From Burkholderiales bacterium (GTDB lineage: Bacteria; Pseudomonadota; Gammaproteobacteria; Burkholderiales; JAEUOS01): DNA of 33,168 nucleotides. The notes beneath the pieces are model-generated. The model was not told where the DNA came from. It did not search any database and saw only the letters and a program-made list of their open reading frames with translations. The translations under genes were made by a program, and so were the position numbers. Of this stretch, positions 32,447 through 33,168 are shown in pieces. Numbering within the stretch: position 1 is the first letter of the stretch; each line of letters begins with the position of its first letter. The stretch is from positions 1 through 33,168 of the forward strand of contig JAYVST010000367.1 in assembly GCA_043775255.1 (NCBI GenBank), given 5' to 3'.

Positions 32447-33168
32447 ATGATGAGCGATCCGCTCAACATCCTCCTGCTCTGCAACCGCCCGGCGCGCAAC
32501 GCCGACGCATCGACGGTCACCGACCATCTCGAGGCGTTCACCCGTTTCTCGCGTCATCGCGTCAGCGTGATTTCGTTCTTGCGTGAATTGCCCGCAGGAC
32601 TGGATCTCGACCGCTTCGACGTCGTCGTCATCCACTACACGATCGCCATCGGCTATCTCTCAGAGCATTACATCAGCGCCGCCGCGAAAGAGCGCGTGCG
32701 CGCGTTCAGCGGGCTCAAGATCGCCTTTATCCAGGACGAATACCGGGCGGTCAATGTCGTCATCGAGGCTCTGCGTCATATGGATGTCGGGTTGCTCTTT
32801 ACCTGCGTGTCGGAAGCGGAAATCGGCAAGGTCTACGATCGCACCAGACTGCCGCGCCTGCGCGCGATAAACAACCTGACCGGCTATGTCCCCGAGGCGC
32901 TGCTGGCGCGGCCGGTCCCGCAGGTGGCAGATCGCACCATCGACATCGGATACCGGACGCGCAAGCCTCCGTATTGGTTGGGCGCCTTGTCGGTCGAGAA
33001 ATGGCGTATCGGCGACATCGTCAAGGCGGGCGCCGCCGGTGCCGGCCTGCGCACCGACATTTCCTATTTCGAGGGCGACCGACTATATGGCAACGCCTGG
33101 ATCCGCTTCGTCTCGAACTGCCGCATCATGCTGGGCGTCGAGAGCGGGGCCAGCGTGTTCGATTTCGA
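32447..33168 (+). CDS. CgeB-like domain protein of unknown function, paralog C (first ~240 codons; continues past the right edge)
   Basis: My own translation from ATG 32447 stays open to the window end: MMSDPLNILLLCNRP...FDVVVIHY...FIQDEYRAV...LTGYVPE...IDIGYRTRKPPYWLGALSVEKW...GVESGASVFDF. It is co-linear with paralog B and closer to it than to A. It is absent from the ORF track because no stop lies in the window. Confidence 0.7.
   Translation, partial: MMSDPLNILLLCNRPARNADASTVTDHLEAFTRFSRHRVSVISFLRELPAGLDLDRFDVVVIHYTIAIGYLSEHYISAAAKERVRAFSGLKIAFIQDEYRAVNVVIEALRHMDVGLLFTCVSEAEIGKVYDRTRLPRLRAINNLTGYVPEALLARPVPQVADRTIDIGYRTRKPPYWLGALSVEKWRIGDIVKAGAAGAGLRTDISYFEGDRLYGNAWIRFVSNCRIMLGVESGASVFDF

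Noticed and set aside
1-33168. Scan for mobile elements, CRISPR arrays, tRNA/rRNA genes, and toxin-antitoxin or defence-type genes.
   Set aside because: I found no transposase, integrase or recombinase-like translations, no terminal inverted repeats flanking the low-GC genes, no regularly spaced repeats and no tRNA-like cloverleaf candidates by eye. The only repeat found is the 38-bp tandem duplication at 30513-30588.

Overview
This is a high-GC bacterial chromosomal segment. Sampled 60-nt lines mostly run about 60-73% G+C. Nearly all of it is one cell-surface polysaccharide locus (O-antigen or EPS type) exported by an ABC transporter (Wzm/Wzt).

I can support 28 CDS, two of them cut by the window edges. 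They form four transcription blocks:
- a leftward epimerase gene at 1-471
- a long rightward block at 849-18681
- a leftward block at 23527-18737
- a rightward block from 24169 to the right edge

Many neighbouring genes overlap or abut at start/stop codons: TGATG at 1908-1912, ATGA at 16434-16437, GTGA at 25410-25413 and 31633-31636, TAGATG at 26703-26708.

The recognisable core is a wlbA-wlbB-wlbC-type trio, which makes UDP-2,3-diacetamido-2,3-dideoxy-hexuronic acid. Around it are:
- a second SDR plus aminotransferase pair
- three intact asparagine-synthase-like amidotransferases
- a FemAB-like acyltransferase
- a radical SAM enzyme
- a NodB/ArnD-like hydrolase overlapping a formyltransferase
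- two SAM methyltransferases
- a WbqC-family protein
- three consecutive WbmF/G/H-like SDRs
- several glycosyltransferases
- two tandem Wzt ATPases, each with its own C-terminal Wzt_C-like domain, followed by Wzm

The observations I rate highest:
1. A recurring, tightly coupled gene pair: a CgeB-like domain protein followed by an AsnB-like amidotransferase. Two copies sit mirror-image around a 640-bp control region, and a third CgeB-like paralog starts at the right edge.
2. The tandem Wzt pair.
3. Two compositionally atypical lower-GC genes (radical SAM and methyltransferase) next to unusually long non-coding spacers.
4. A 38-bp tandem duplication that copies the start region of an SDR gene and creates an ATGA-coupled 13-codon uORF.

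I saw no rRNA, tRNA, CRISPR, transposase, integrase or phage genes. All functional calls come from reading motifs in the translations. No database search was run.
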